From Candidatus Latescibacterota bacterium (GTDB taxonomy: Bacteria; Latescibacterota; UBA2968): 64,000 nt of DNA. The position numbers were made by a program, and so were the translations under genes. The stretch lies in the NCBI GenBank assembly GCA_965208125.1, contig OZ242320.1, positions 1,408,001-1,472,000 on the forward strand. Reading direction: 5' to 3'. Positions 7,505-17,658 of the stretch are shown one piece after another. The notes beneath the pieces were generated by a model. That model was given only the letters and a program-made list of their open reading frames with translations, was not told the origin of the DNA and did not search any database. Within the stretch, counting starts at the first letter, position 1, and each line of letters opens with the position of its first letter.

Positions 7505-9202
7505 ATGGCCATGAAGTCTCTGAACCTATTACCAGAACTACAGAAACTCCCCAGTTCGGAATCTGACCAGCGTAAATCCTTTCAGGATACGGTCACCGAT
7601 CTAAGGAGTATGGATCGAGAGCTTTATGCGGCAGAGGCGGCAGCCGCTGTCTCCTTCGCAATGTGGGGCATTTTTGATACCATCAATGTAGATGATACGT
7701 TAGCCGAAGCCCATGCCGCAGTTTTCCCCAACTACGAGGGCTCGCTTCACGAACACTGGCAGGAACTACTACAGCAAGGTGAGGAATCCTCTGACGAATT
7801 CATAAATACCTTCAAAGGCAAAGTAGCTGAACTCGACTTCGCAGAAGAACTTGAGGCACAAGGGTACACCAATATAGAAATCCCCCCTGATCCCACTCAA
7901 CACATCAGGGCCATTTCTCCCGCAGGACAGGAGGAACTTTTTCAAGTAGAAACTGGATTGGCAGATCATGCTGGCGATATCGATATAATCGTCGAACTAC
8001 CGGTAAGATATGCCGTTAGCACCGAAATTCGTAATAGAATCGCTGAACGAAACCCAGAACTCATTGACAGAATGATTGACATAGGACTAGATCGCGCACG
8101 GGAAGAAAAAATTAAAGCAACTCTCAGCACTATTGGCACTGAGGGTGCCGAGCAAAATCCGGAATTCATCAAACTGAACCAAGCCTACCAAATGCAATAC
8201 CCCGGAGAATATGCACAGTATTCACTTGCGGAGAAGTGGCAACAGATATCAGAAGGCGGCAACGAATCCATGACAGGATTCATCAGCGGACTGAAAGGCA
8301 AATATGCCGAAATCAACACTAAAGATATGCTGGAGGAGGTGCATGGCTTCACGAACGTGAATATCGCCCCGAACCCAACCCAAGGTGTATTTGACATCAC
8401 CGCCAATGCTCCCGATGGCGAATTTCTCCGCATCCAAGTCAAAACGGGTAGTGCCAGTTACGCCCCCGCTGTAACTCAAAAAATGCAGGACGGACAGGAG
8501 GTACTGTTCCAAGTCAAAACGGGTGATGCCAGTTACGACAGCGATGTAATTCAAACAATGCAGAATACTCCTGACCTTCCCATTTACATGTCGGACACCA
8601 ATATCTACGAATTAAACACTGAAATTTACGACAAAATTGCTGAGCAAAGTCCCGAACTCATTGACCAAACACCTGACATCGGTGCCAACTACGAACTGGT
8701 GAACGGGATAAATGATGGTCTCGAAACTCTCAGTGCCAATCAGGGCTTTGATCTGCCCGACAGTGTCGGAGAGATAGTCCCTTACGCTGCCGCAATTATT
8801 ATGGGTGCTCGTCTGATATACAACGTCATCAAAACTGAAAAGGAATTCAGTACCGTTGATCGCACCACTAAAAACAAGATGCAAGTGGTGCAAGCTCTCA
8901 CTACAATGTCCCGATTTGGCATCTCAACTGTCCTGTCAACTGCCGGTGGTTTTGGTGGGGCTGCCGCAGGCTCATTTGTACCGGGAATTGGCAATCTGGC
9001 TGGCGGTGTTGGCGGCTCGCTAATCGGAGCAGGAATAGGAATGTATCTGAACAAACACCTTCAACCCGATATGCTGAACTTGGCTCTGGACATCACCGGA
9101 CTCACCCGCGATGATTTGTTCTACTACAAGAACAAGCCGCATATTGACAGCGTGGCCCTATCCTTCCGGCAAAATGCTGACATGCTGATTGCTGCATCCT
9201 GA
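7505..9202 (+). CDS. Hypothetical protein with duplicated PD-(D/E)xK-like module and C-terminal glycine-zipper hydrophobic region
   Basis: KGK.AE...PTQ...D...QVKTG module occurs twice; AGGFGGAAAGSFVPGIGNLAGGVGGSLIGAGIG; AGGAGA RBS. Confidence 0.7.
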   Translation: MAMKSLNLLPELQKLPSSESDQRKSFQDTVTDLRSMDRELYAAEAAAAVSFAMWGIFDTINVDDTLAEAHAAVFPNYEGSLHEHWQELLQQGEESSDEFINTFKGKVAELDFAEELEAQGYTNIEIPPDPTQHIRAISPAGQEELFQVETGLADHAGDIDIIVELPVRYAVSTEIRNRIAERNPELIDRMIDIGLDRAREEKIKATLSTIGTEGAEQNPEFIKLNQAYQMQYPGEYAQYSLAEKWQQISEGGNESMTGFISGLKGKYAEINTKDMLEEVHGFTNVNIAPNPTQGVFDITANAPDGEFLRIQVKTGSASYAPAVTQKMQDGQEVLFQVKTGDASYDSDVIQTMQNTPDLPIYMSDTNIYELNTEIYDKIAEQSPELIDQTPDIGANYELVNGINDGLETLSANQGFDLPDSVGEIVPYAAAIIMGARLIYNVIKTEKEFSTVDRTTKNKMQVVQALTTMSRFGISTVLSTAGGFGGAAAGSFVPGIGNLAGGVGGSLIGAGIGMYLNKHLQPDMLNLALDITGLTRDDLFYYKNKPHIDSVALSFRQNADMLIAAS

Positions 9203-9254
9203 TTCTGTCCTATAAGTGGACAGATATGGATTACTGGTGTTGTGCTTGCGCGTG

Positions 9255-9280
9255 GCGGCTCAAAAGCCTGCCGCAATGAC
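9255..9280 (+). repeat. Degenerate REP-like repeat, family C (GCGGC-loop-GCCGCAATGAC)
   Basis: Matches the 3' part of the copies at 22281, 24444, 25259 and 56344. Confidence 0.55.
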
Positions 9281-9352
9281 GGCCTGGTTGATAGAGTTGA
9301 TTGATTCGTAAGATTGATTTCTTGATTCCGCTTCATGATCTCAGAAAGTGCG

Positions 9353-9814
9353 TCACACATCATCTAACATACGTTCGAATGCTTCGAGACTGGTGGCCTG
9401 AATTGCCGCACGAAGCAACTGCTTGAGGCGTTGTAAATCGTCAATATCGGCAATGCGATCAGATATGGGATGCGCCTTGCCCAGACCAAAGCGAATCTTC
9501 AACACCTCGAGGATATCTGCGAGCGTGCTTCGTTTTTCCCCTTGCTCAATGCCCTGCTTGAGCCATTGTTCTTTGTTTTCTTTAATCTCTTGCTCAAGCA
9601 GGTATTGGGCAAAAGATGATTCGCGAATCAGATCCATCACCCCCTCCTTTGAAATAAGGTTCGCAATCATTTCCCGATCATGCACCAACCCACCCAAAAC
9701 CGACAGACAAGTTAGAAAATCACCTCTGACAGATTCATCCAGCGGCAGGTCTATCGCCGTGTCAACGCACGCACCAAACCACGCCTCAGAACCCATCCCT
9801 TCAGGCGGCTTCAT
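9353..9814 (-). pseudogene. 5'-truncated Rpn (recombination-promoting nuclease/putative transposase) family gene; internal small ORF 9637-9353 intact
   Basis: MKPP...IRESSFAQYL...QGIEQGEK...ILEVL.IRFG...I.D.DDLQRLKQLLRAAIQA.SLEAF is the typical Rpn C-terminus. The N-terminal nuclease half is absent. Confidence 0.7.
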
Positions 9815-9928
9815 CTACCAATTTAAGAGTTGAAATCATTGTCCCCTACAAAGAAGATTGCGCGAAAGGCGATTCTGAGATACATTTGAAAAATTAAATT
9901 CCGAAAGCACAAATTCAGGAGACCCACC

Positions 9929-11188
9929 ATGATCCGAAGCGGTGTTGCAAGCGGAGACATCACGCCAGAACCCGGTCCAGTGCTTCAGGGGCATTGGAAC
10001 ACCAACCCATCGCATTCCGTACTCTACCCTCTGGAAGTACGGGCAGTAGTCTTTGCCGACGGAGACGCACAAATAGCCATTGCCACACTCGACGTCATCG
10101 GCATAACAAAAGCCACCACTGACCGAATCCGGGCGAAAGTGGCAAATATCATTCCGGGAGACAGCGTAATGGTAGCGTGTAGCCACACGCACTGCGCCCT
10201 CCCCACATTGCCGTGTTTGGGCATGACCCCCGACCCCGAATATATGGATCGCATAGTCGAAACCACCGCCGCGTGCATAGCCGAAGCAGCCGCAAATCTC
10301 CAGCCCGTAACCCTCGGCCTGGGATGTGGGTCCGCGCATTTCAACATCAACCGCCGTCCGCTCCCCGGAGCCTCGAGCATGACCTTGAACTACGGCGGAA
10401 TCGTCGATCGCCGCGTAAGAGTCTTACAGGTAACAGGAGAAAACAACACCCCCCTCGCCACATTATTCCACTACTCCTGTCACCCAACCACATTGAGCGG
10501 CGCCAACGGCATCATCTCGCCCGACTATCCCGGCATTGCCCGCAATCGAATTGAACAAACCCTCGGTAGCAAAGCACTCTTCTTACCCGGATGCTTTGGC
10601 AACATCCGCCCCGCCATCCTGAGCGAAACCGGAGGATTCGCCTCCGCCACCAGAGAACAATTAGACGCGTGTGGTCACGAACTCGGCGATGAGGTCTGTC
10701 GCGTGGCTACAGGACTGAACACCAGAAGTGCAGAAGGCATATCTGCCCGCCGTACCGACATCGCAATACCATTCGGCGACCTGATGCCCGAAGAAGAACT
10801 CAAAAAAATGGCCGCAGACGAAAGCGGGCAATTATTAACGGGTCCCTGGGCAAAAAAAGTACTGGACATGGTGGCGTCAGACACCGTCCCATCTGAAAAA
10901 CCCACCGAAATGCAACTGATGCAGATAGGACCAATAGCACTGATCACCATACCGGGCGAACCCGTGCAGGAAATTGGGCATGCAATGGAAAAAAGACTGC
11001 GGAACATCAGTGAGGACCTGTGGCCCGTGGGATATGCCAATGACGAAGTGGGATATTTGTGTACAGAGCGGCAATACGAAGAAGGCGGGTACGAACCCAA
11101 TGCCTATCCGTATTACGGGGAACCCGCGCCATATCAGGGCGAAGAAAAGATCATCCTGCAAACAGCAGACGCTTTAGCACGGGATTAA
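9929..11188 (+). CDS. Neutral/alkaline ceramidase-like amidohydrolase
   Basis: DITP, SHTHC, NINRR, HYSCHPT, ISPDYPG, PGEP, GYAND, GGYE. Confidence 0.85.
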   Translation: MIRSGVASGDITPEPGPVLQGHWNTNPSHSVLYPLEVRAVVFADGDAQIAIATLDVIGITKATTDRIRAKVANIIPGDSVMVACSHTHCALPTLPCLGMTPDPEYMDRIVETTAACIAEAAANLQPVTLGLGCGSAHFNINRRPLPGASSMTLNYGGIVDRRVRVLQVTGENNTPLATLFHYSCHPTTLSGANGIISPDYPGIARNRIEQTLGSKALFLPGCFGNIRPAILSETGGFASATREQLDACGHELGDEVCRVATGLNTRSAEGISARRTDIAIPFGDLMPEEELKKMAADESGQLLTGPWAKKVLDMVASDTVPSEKPTEMQLMQIGPIALITIPGEPVQEIGHAMEKRLRNISEDLWPVGYANDEVGYLCTERQYEEGGYEPNAYPYYGEPAPYQGEEKIILQTADALARD

Positions 11189-11190
11189 AA

Positions 11191-12453
11191 ATGAAACAAA
11201 TCGATATACCTTATGGCCGGGGAGCCGTATCTGTTCAAACAGACCCCAAACTCGCGCACTGGGATGTAATCCGCCCCTCATTTGAACCTGCACTCAAAGA
11301 CCCCAAACGGCTCTTTCAAGAAGCCGTGCGCCACCCTCTCGGCACAAAACCGCTCAGAGAAATAGTCAAACCTTCAGACCGGGTCGTAATCGCAACATCC
11401 GACGGCACCCGTCCCGTCCCCAACAAACAACTGATCCCCTATCTACTCGAAGAACTGCCCGTATCCCCCGACCAGGTAACCGTATTGATCGGCACGGGCA
11501 CGCACAGGCCAAATACAAAACGCGAAATTGTCGAAATGTTTGGCGAAGAGATGGTTCGCCGCGTACGCATCGTCAATCACGATGCATTTAGCGAAACGCA
11601 AAACGAACAGGTGGGCAAAACCGCGGATGGAACAACCGTATTTTTGAACAAAGAATACCTCAACGCAGATGTGCGCATTGCCCTCGGATTTATCGAACCG
11701 CACTTCTTTGCAGGTTTTTCAGGCGGACCAAAAGCCGTCGCGCCCGGTGTGGCGAGTATTGAAACCATTTTTCGACTGCATCGCGCCGAACTAATCGCCG
11801 ACCCAAACAGCACATGGGGCGTACTCCACGAAAACCCACTACACCGGGAAATTCGAGAATGCGTCGCACTATGTCCCCCGGATTTTTTGCTCAATGTGAC
11901 ACTCAACGCAGAAAAGAAAATCTCGGGATATTACGCAGGCGACCTCTCTCTGGCCCATGCAAAAGGATGTGCCGATGTAAAAGCCTCGGCAATGGTACCT
12001 GTCGAAACACCCTTCCCGCTGGTGGTCACATCCAACAGCGGCTTTCCCCTGGATCAAAACTTGTATCAAACCGTAAAAGGCATCTCAGCCGCAGCGCGTA
12101 TTGTAAATGACGGCGGCACCATCCTGGTAGCCAGTGCGTGCAGCGATGGCGTACCCGATCACGGCAATTTTGCGGCATTGATGCGCGGAGGCCATTCACC
12201 TGCAGACGTGATAGAATCGGTCTATGCACGCGAACCAATTCTCGACCAGTGGCAGGCGCAAATTCTATCGGGCATCTTAGACCGCGTAAACGTAAAAGTC
12301 TATACCGAGATGGACAGCGACGAGGTCCGCGCCTGCAAACTACAGGTCATTCCTAACCTCAACAAAGCGATACACGATCACCTGAAATCCCGAGATACTC
12401 GCGTAGCCGTATTGCCCGATGGTCCACTTGCTATTCCCTACCTGAAGAACTGA
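11191..12453 (+). CDS. Nickel-dependent lactate racemase LarA-family protein (2-hydroxy-acid racemase/epimerase)
   Basis: SDGTRPVPN, GTGTHR, EPHFFAGFSGGPK, PLDQNLYQTVKG, DQWQAQ. Confidence 0.9.
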   Translation: MKQIDIPYGRGAVSVQTDPKLAHWDVIRPSFEPALKDPKRLFQEAVRHPLGTKPLREIVKPSDRVVIATSDGTRPVPNKQLIPYLLEELPVSPDQVTVLIGTGTHRPNTKREIVEMFGEEMVRRVRIVNHDAFSETQNEQVGKTADGTTVFLNKEYLNADVRIALGFIEPHFFAGFSGGPKAVAPGVASIETIFRLHRAELIADPNSTWGVLHENPLHREIRECVALCPPDFLLNVTLNAEKKISGYYAGDLSLAHAKGCADVKASAMVPVETPFPLVVTSNSGFPLDQNLYQTVKGISAAARIVNDGGTILVASACSDGVPDHGNFAALMRGGHSPADVIESVYAREPILDQWQAQILSGILDRVNVKVYTEMDSDEVRACKLQVIPNLNKAIHDHLKSRDTRVAVLPDGPLAIPYLKN

Positions 12454-12471
12454 TCCCTGCGGCGGAGAATC

Positions 12472-12532
12472 GGGCAACCACGGGCGGTGTACAACTGGTC
12501 GCAGTCCAGACCAGTTCACGGATTGCCCCTAC
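12472..12532 (-). repeat. GTAG-type REP element (family B) interrupted by a hairpin insert
   Basis: GGGCAACCACGG...ATTGCCCCTAC with internal AACTGGTC-N8-GACCAGTT. Confidence 0.6.
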
Positions 12533-12560
12533 AATCTGCGTCCATCTGCGGATACGCTCC

Positions 12561-14141
12561 TCAAACAGGACCCGCCTTCAGAATCTCATCGCTGACCCCA
12601 TCTTCAAATTGCCTGAAATTCTCCTTAAACAACCGCGCCAGATGCGTGGCCCTCGCATCGTATTCAGATGGATTGGACCACGTCGCACGCGGCGACAAAA
12701 TACTGCCCGTAACATCTGGACAGGTTTTGGGAACTTCAAAACCAAAGCGCGGATCTGTCTCGCACGCAACATCTGTCAAAGCGCCATTGTGTATCGCCCG
12801 AATAATTGAACGGGTATTGGTCAGTGTAATGCGCTTGCCAACGCCGTAACCACCACCCGACCAGCCCGTATTGACCAGCCACACATTCGACTTGTGTTGC
12901 TGGATTTTTTCTGCCAATTGCTCGGCGTATTTCCCCGGATGCCACACGAGAAAAGGCGCGCCAAAACAGGCCGAAAAAGAAGCCTGTGGTTCGGTAACTC
13001 CCATTTCTGTACCTGCGACCTTGGCCGTATAACCACTGATAAAATGGTACATCGCCTGTGCGGGCGTGAGCTTGCTCACCGGAGGCAAAACACCAAATGC
13101 ATCGCAAGTCAAAAAAATCACATTTTTGGGATGACCGCCCACACATGGAATTTGTGCATTGGGAATATACTCGATGGGATATGCCGCGCGCGTATTTTCC
13201 GTAATAGAATCGTCATCGTAACTAATCACGCGCGTATGCTCGTCAAAAACGACATTTTCGAGCACCGTCCCAAAACGGATCGCATTGTAAATCTCCGGCT
13301 CGCGCGCTTGCGAAAGACCAATACACTTGGCGTAACAACCGCCCTCAAAATTAAAAATACCGCGATCGCTCCACCCGTGTTCATCATCGCCGATCAAACG
13401 ACGCTGAGGCTCGGCTGAAAGCGTAGTCTTTCCCGTACCAGACAGACCAAAAAAGAGTGCCGTATCACCCGCTGCACCCACATTGGCCGAACAATGCATC
13501 GACAAAATATCCTGCCTGGGCAAAACATAGTTCAGAACCGTGAAAACACCTTTTTTCATCTCACCCGCATATTCCGTCCCCAAAATAACCATCTCTCGCA
13601 ATTCAAAACTCACATCCACGCTCGTAGTCGAAGTCATCTCAGCCGTATATCGATTCGCGGGAAATCTGCCAGCATTAAAAATAACATAATCCGGCTCGCC
13701 AAAATTTTCGAGTTCCGTACGCGAGGGACGCATAAGCATATTGTGCATAAACAGAGCATGGTACGCGCGGGCGCAAACAACCCGCACCTTAATGCGATAC
13801 TTGGGATCCCAGCCCGCGTACCCATCAACCACATAGATGCGGTCGCAGACATTGAGATAATCGATAGCCCGCTCTCTATTAATCAGAAACGTGCGCTCAT
13901 CGAGCTTGATATTGACCTCACCCCACCAGATATCGTCCGCACTATCGGGATGATTCACAATGCGTTTATCCTCTGGACTGCGCCCGGTCTTTTCTCCCGA
14001 ACGCACAATAAGCGCCCCAGTACTCGTAATAGTCGATCCGGTCTCGTGGGTCAGCGCCTCTTCGTAAAGCACCGCAGGCGAAGCATTGCGCAAAATAAGC
14101 GGCCTGGTGATATTGTATCGCTCCAAATTTATTCCGGTCAT
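12561..14141 (-). CDS. pckA: Phosphoenolpyruvate carboxykinase (ATP)
   Basis: [57 protein letters not shown]. Confidence 0.98.
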   Translation of the reverse strand: MTGINLERYNITRPLILRNASPAVLYEEALTHETGSTITSTGALIVRSGEKTGRSPEDKRIVNHPDSADDIWWGEVNIKLDERTFLINRERAIDYLNVCDRIYVVDGYAGWDPKYRIKVRVVCARAYHALFMHNMLMRPSRTELENFGEPDYVIFNAGRFPANRYTAEMTSTTSVDVSFELREMVILGTEYAGEMKKGVFTVLNYVLPRQDILSMHCSANVGAAGDTALFFGLSGTGKTTLSAEPQRRLIGDDEHGWSDRGIFNFEGGCYAKCIGLSQAREPEIYNAIRFGTVLENVVFDEHTRVISYDDDSITENTRAAYPIEYIPNAQIPCVGGHPKNVIFLTCDAFGVLPPVSKLTPAQAMYHFISGYTAKVAGTEMGVTEPQASFSACFGAPFLVWHPGKYAEQLAEKIQQHKSNVWLVNTGWSGGGYGVGKRITLTNTRSIIRAIHNGALTDVACETDPRFGFEVPKTCPDVTGSILSPRATWSNPSEYDARATHLARLFKENFRQFEDGVSDEILKAGPV

Positions 14142-14293
14142 AAACAAATCCTTTCTATTATCAGTTATCAATTCCAACACCAAATATATCACACAAAACA
14201 TCCCAAACCAAATATTACTCCGCGCCCAAAAATTCCTTCATTTTTAAAAAATAGTCATTATATTTCGCGCCTGACCATCGATCGGAGGAAAAC

Positions 14294-15145
14294 ATGTCCA
14301 AAAAATGGTTGCGCGTTGCCACATGTCAGATGCATGCCAATGAGAACATCGAAAAAAACACATGTGAGATTATCGACCGTCTGAACACCTGTGCGCGTGA
14401 AAAAGTGGAAATAGCCGCATTTCACGAAGGGGTTTTATACGGCTATACCAACTGCCCCGACTTCTGGTCAAGCCTGGATCAAACGCGCATTGAAAAAGCC
14501 GAACGGCAAATCATACACGTATGCCGTGAAAAAGGCATTGCCGCAATCGTAGGCTCAACCCATCTCGAAAACGGGCAACGCTACAACAGCCTGCTCGTCA
14601 TAGACCGAGACGGCACCGTAAAGGGACGCTATGGCAAAATACATCTGGCGGGAGAAAAATGGTGTGAACCCGCGCAACACCTGCCTATTTATCACCTGTG
14701 CGGCGTACCCTGTTGTTTTTTAATTTGCCACGACATTCGATATCCCGAACTCGTGAGATTGCCCGCCGCAGCCGGTGCAAAAATCTGCTTCTTCGCCAGT
14801 TGTGAAAGCTCTGTCACCTCAGAACACAAATTGTCGGCCTATCGCGCCATGCCCATCAGCCGCGCAACCGAAAATGACATCTACGTCGTCATGGCAAACG
14901 CCCCCGCCGACCCCCTGGACATCAACCGCGCGGGATCTTCCCACGGCGAATCAAAAATCATCCACCCAAATGGCAACGTCATAGCCGAAGCCGGCATATT
15001 CACAGACGAAATCATAATCCGCAAATTAGACCTCCATCAGGCATCGAGAAACATCGCATTGCGAGCCGTGAATGACACAACGCGCCTGCGCGAATGGATG
15101 AAAAAAGGCGTAAAATTAGTAGATTGTTCGTCTCATAAAGAGTAG
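14294..15145 (+). CDS. Carbon-nitrogen hydrolase (nitrilase family)
   Basis: E-K-C triad: FHE, YGKIHL, ICHDIRYPE. Confidence 0.9.
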   Translation: MSKKWLRVATCQMHANENIEKNTCEIIDRLNTCAREKVEIAAFHEGVLYGYTNCPDFWSSLDQTRIEKAERQIIHVCREKGIAAIVGSTHLENGQRYNSLLVIDRDGTVKGRYGKIHLAGEKWCEPAQHLPIYHLCGVPCCFLICHDIRYPELVRLPAAAGAKICFFASCESSVTSEHKLSAYRAMPISRATENDIYVVMANAPADPLDINRAGSSHGESKIIHPNGNVIAEAGIFTDEIIIRKLDLHQASRNIALRAVNDTTRLREWMKKGVKLVDCSSHKE

Positions 15146-15168
15146 GGGCGGTGCCCCTGTGCCCGCCC
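15142..15168 (+). repeat. GTAG-type REP element (family B)
   Basis: GTAGGGGCGG-loop-CCGCCC, essentially the same as 30357-30383. Confidence 0.75.
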
Positions 15169-15187
15169 GTTGATTCAAGGAGCATTC

Positions 15188-16645
15188 ATGAAAGGAACAA
15201 AACCAAACATCTTGTGGATCTGTACAGACCAGCAGCGATATGACACCATTGGCGCATTGGGCAACCCCCATGTAGATACCCCCAATATCGACCGTCTAAT
15301 CGCCGAAGGATTTGCATTTACCCATGCGTATTGCCAGAGTCCGATTTGCACACCGAGTCGGGCGAGTTTTTTGACCGGACAATACGCCAGCGCCGTACAC
15401 GTAAATGGCAATGGCAACTCGCATTTCCCAGACGCGCCCCCCCTGGTCACCAAAATACTCGCAGATAATGGATACGACTGCGGACTAATCGGCAAATTGC
15501 ACTTATCAAGCGCGCATGGGCGCATAGAAAAAAGAACAGATGACGGATACCGCTACTGGCAATACAGCCACGCGCCCCGGGACGACTGGGAAACCGGACA
15601 CAATTATGCCGACTGGGTGCGATCAAAAGGCGAAATCCTGGGCGAACTCATCAAAAGTCCCGATGGCGTACCCGCAGAACTGCACCAGACCACCTGGTGT
15701 GCGGAAAAAACCATCGAATTTTTGAGCGAACAGCGCGATGGTCCCTGGTTGGCCTCTGTGAACATCTACGACCCACATCCGCCATTTAATCCACCCAAAA
15801 CGTACCGCGAAATGTTCGACCCCGAACAGGTAAACGGTCCCCTATTCCGAGAAAGCGACCTCGCGCAGCAAGAAAAATTGGAAGCCATCGACTTCCAGTC
15901 TAAAGGACGGCATCCCGATGAATTGGATATACGAAGCCCCGTGATCCCCAGAACACCGACGCGCGGATTGCGCGAATCTGAATCAGCCGGAAAACGCGAC
16001 GCAAAAACCCTGATCGCTGCCTATTACGCCATGATCAAACTAATCGACGATCAACTCGGGCGCATAATTACCGCATTGGAAGAAACTGGACAGCGCGACA
16101 ACACATTGATTATCTTCACCAGCGACCACGGCGAAACCCTGGGAGACCATGGACTGATTCAAAAGGGATGCCGTTTTTACGAAGGACTGGTGCGCGTACC
16201 ACTCATTTTCTCATGGCCGGGTCACGTAAAATCGGAACAAAAAAGCGACGCACTCGTCGAACTGCGCGACATAGCCCCCCTCTTGCTGGAACTCGCTGGC
16301 ATAGAAGTGCCCGAACGAATGCAACCGCATCCTCTATTGCCCCTGCTCAGCGGTGATCACCCCCCCGACGAACACCGCGACTTTGTGCGCTGCGAATATT
16401 ACGATGCACTCGATCAAGCCGACGGAACATTTGCCACAATGTATCGCAACCGTCGGTACAAACTCGTAGTTTATCACGGACACGGCCTGGGCGAACTCTA
16501 CGACTTACAGGAGGATCCAGACGAATTTGACAATCTGTGGGACAGTCCCGATCATGCGGACATAAAACTCGACTTAATGCAACGCAGCTTTGATGCGTCA
16601 ATGCTCGCAATGGACAGAGGGCCAGAACGCATAGGACCGATGTAA
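15188..16645 (+). CDS. Sulfatase (formylglycine-dependent, choline-sulfatase-like)
   Basis: PNILWICTDQQR, CTPSRAS (CxPxR), GKLH, DPHPP, SDHG, ELYDL..DPDE. Confidence 0.95.
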   Translation: MKGTKPNILWICTDQQRYDTIGALGNPHVDTPNIDRLIAEGFAFTHAYCQSPICTPSRASFLTGQYASAVHVNGNGNSHFPDAPPLVTKILADNGYDCGLIGKLHLSSAHGRIEKRTDDGYRYWQYSHAPRDDWETGHNYADWVRSKGEILGELIKSPDGVPAELHQTTWCAEKTIEFLSEQRDGPWLASVNIYDPHPPFNPPKTYREMFDPEQVNGPLFRESDLAQQEKLEAIDFQSKGRHPDELDIRSPVIPRTPTRGLRESESAGKRDAKTLIAAYYAMIKLIDDQLGRIITALEETGQRDNTLIIFTSDHGETLGDHGLIQKGCRFYEGLVRVPLIFSWPGHVKSEQKSDALVELRDIAPLLLELAGIEVPERMQPHPLLPLLSGDHPPDEHRDFVRCEYYDALDQADGTFATMYRNRRYKLVVYHGHGLGELYDLQEDPDEFDNLWDSPDHADIKLDLMQRSFDASMLAMDRGPERIGPM

Positions 16646-16686
16646 ACATCTGGAGATATACACAACCATCGTCGCGGAGGTGTTAT

Positions 16687-17553
16687 ATGGCAAAAAAACC
16701 CGTTCAAAAACCAAAAATTAAAATCATGGCCGCAGACTGGTCATTGAGAGATTACCCTTCTGCAAGAAATCCCTGGACTATTCAGACCAAAGTGCGAAAA
16801 GTCAAAGAAGCGGGATTTCACGGCATGTCGTCTGGAGCCGACGCCGAGTTAGCCGCAGAACTGCACAAACAGGGATTGGAAATGGTAGGCGGGGTAGATG
16901 TAGGCAGCAAAAAAGAAGCCGACGCAAAAATGAAAGCATTTGCCGACATAGGCGTGGTTCACATCAACGTGCAATTGTGCGATCACGACACAAAAACAAA
17001 AGACGCGGTAAAAGTCGCGCGCGCAGTCGTGAAAGCAGGAAAAAAGCACAACGTCAAACCCGCAATCGAGATCCATCGCGACACATGCACAGAAACACCG
17101 GAAAAAGCCTTTGCACTCGCCGATGCGTACCGAAAAAAACACAAAAAGAAATTGCGAATGAACTTCGACCACTCGCACCCGGCAATCATCAAACAACTCC
17201 GCCCGCACGAATACTGGGAACGGCTATCGGAACGCACCGACCTCTTGCAAATGCACGAACTCATCCACTTTCGCCCCTTCACCGGCAGCCATTGTCAGAC
17301 CCCGGTAACAAATGGCAAAGGGCGATTGGATCGCGATTTCAAAATCTGGCTGACAAATTACCTGGAACCCGCCCTCGAAGCGTGGTTACAGGGCGCAAAA
17401 CCGGGCAAAATACTCCATATCGTACCCGAACTGGGACCACAAGGCTCTGGATACGCGCTTGCCTGTTTCCCCGACATCTGGGAGGATGCCATTAGAGAAA
17501 AGAACGAGATAATAAAGGTCTGGCGCAAGCTGATGAGAAATTGGAGTCCGTAA
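16687..17553 (+). CDS. Xylose-isomerase-like TIM-barrel protein
   Basis: KVKEAGFHG, IEIHRDT, NFDHSH, HFRP, PELGP. Confidence 0.8.
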   Translation: MAKKPVQKPKIKIMAADWSLRDYPSARNPWTIQTKVRKVKEAGFHGMSSGADAELAAELHKQGLEMVGGVDVGSKKEADAKMKAFADIGVVHINVQLCDHDTKTKDAVKVARAVVKAGKKHNVKPAIEIHRDTCTETPEKAFALADAYRKKHKKKLRMNFDHSHPAIIKQLRPHEYWERLSERTDLLQMHELIHFRPFTGSHCQTPVTNGKGRLDRDFKIWLTNYLEPALEAWLQGAKPGKILHIVPELGPQGSGYALACFPDIWEDAIREKNEIIKVWRKLMRNWSP

Positions 17554-17568
17554 ATAGGCAGGGAAATC

Positions 17569-17644
17569 TACGAATAGACGAATAGACGAACCCCGCTCAA
17601 CCACCCAAAGTTGCTACAAACTACGTCGTTGATTCGTTGATTCG
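17569..17644. repeat. Octamer short tandem repeats (ACGAATAG x2.6; TCGTTGAT x2.4), loosely inverted
   Basis: Seen directly in the intergenic spacer. Confidence 0.55.
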
Positions 17645-17658
17645 CGCCTTTTATTTTA

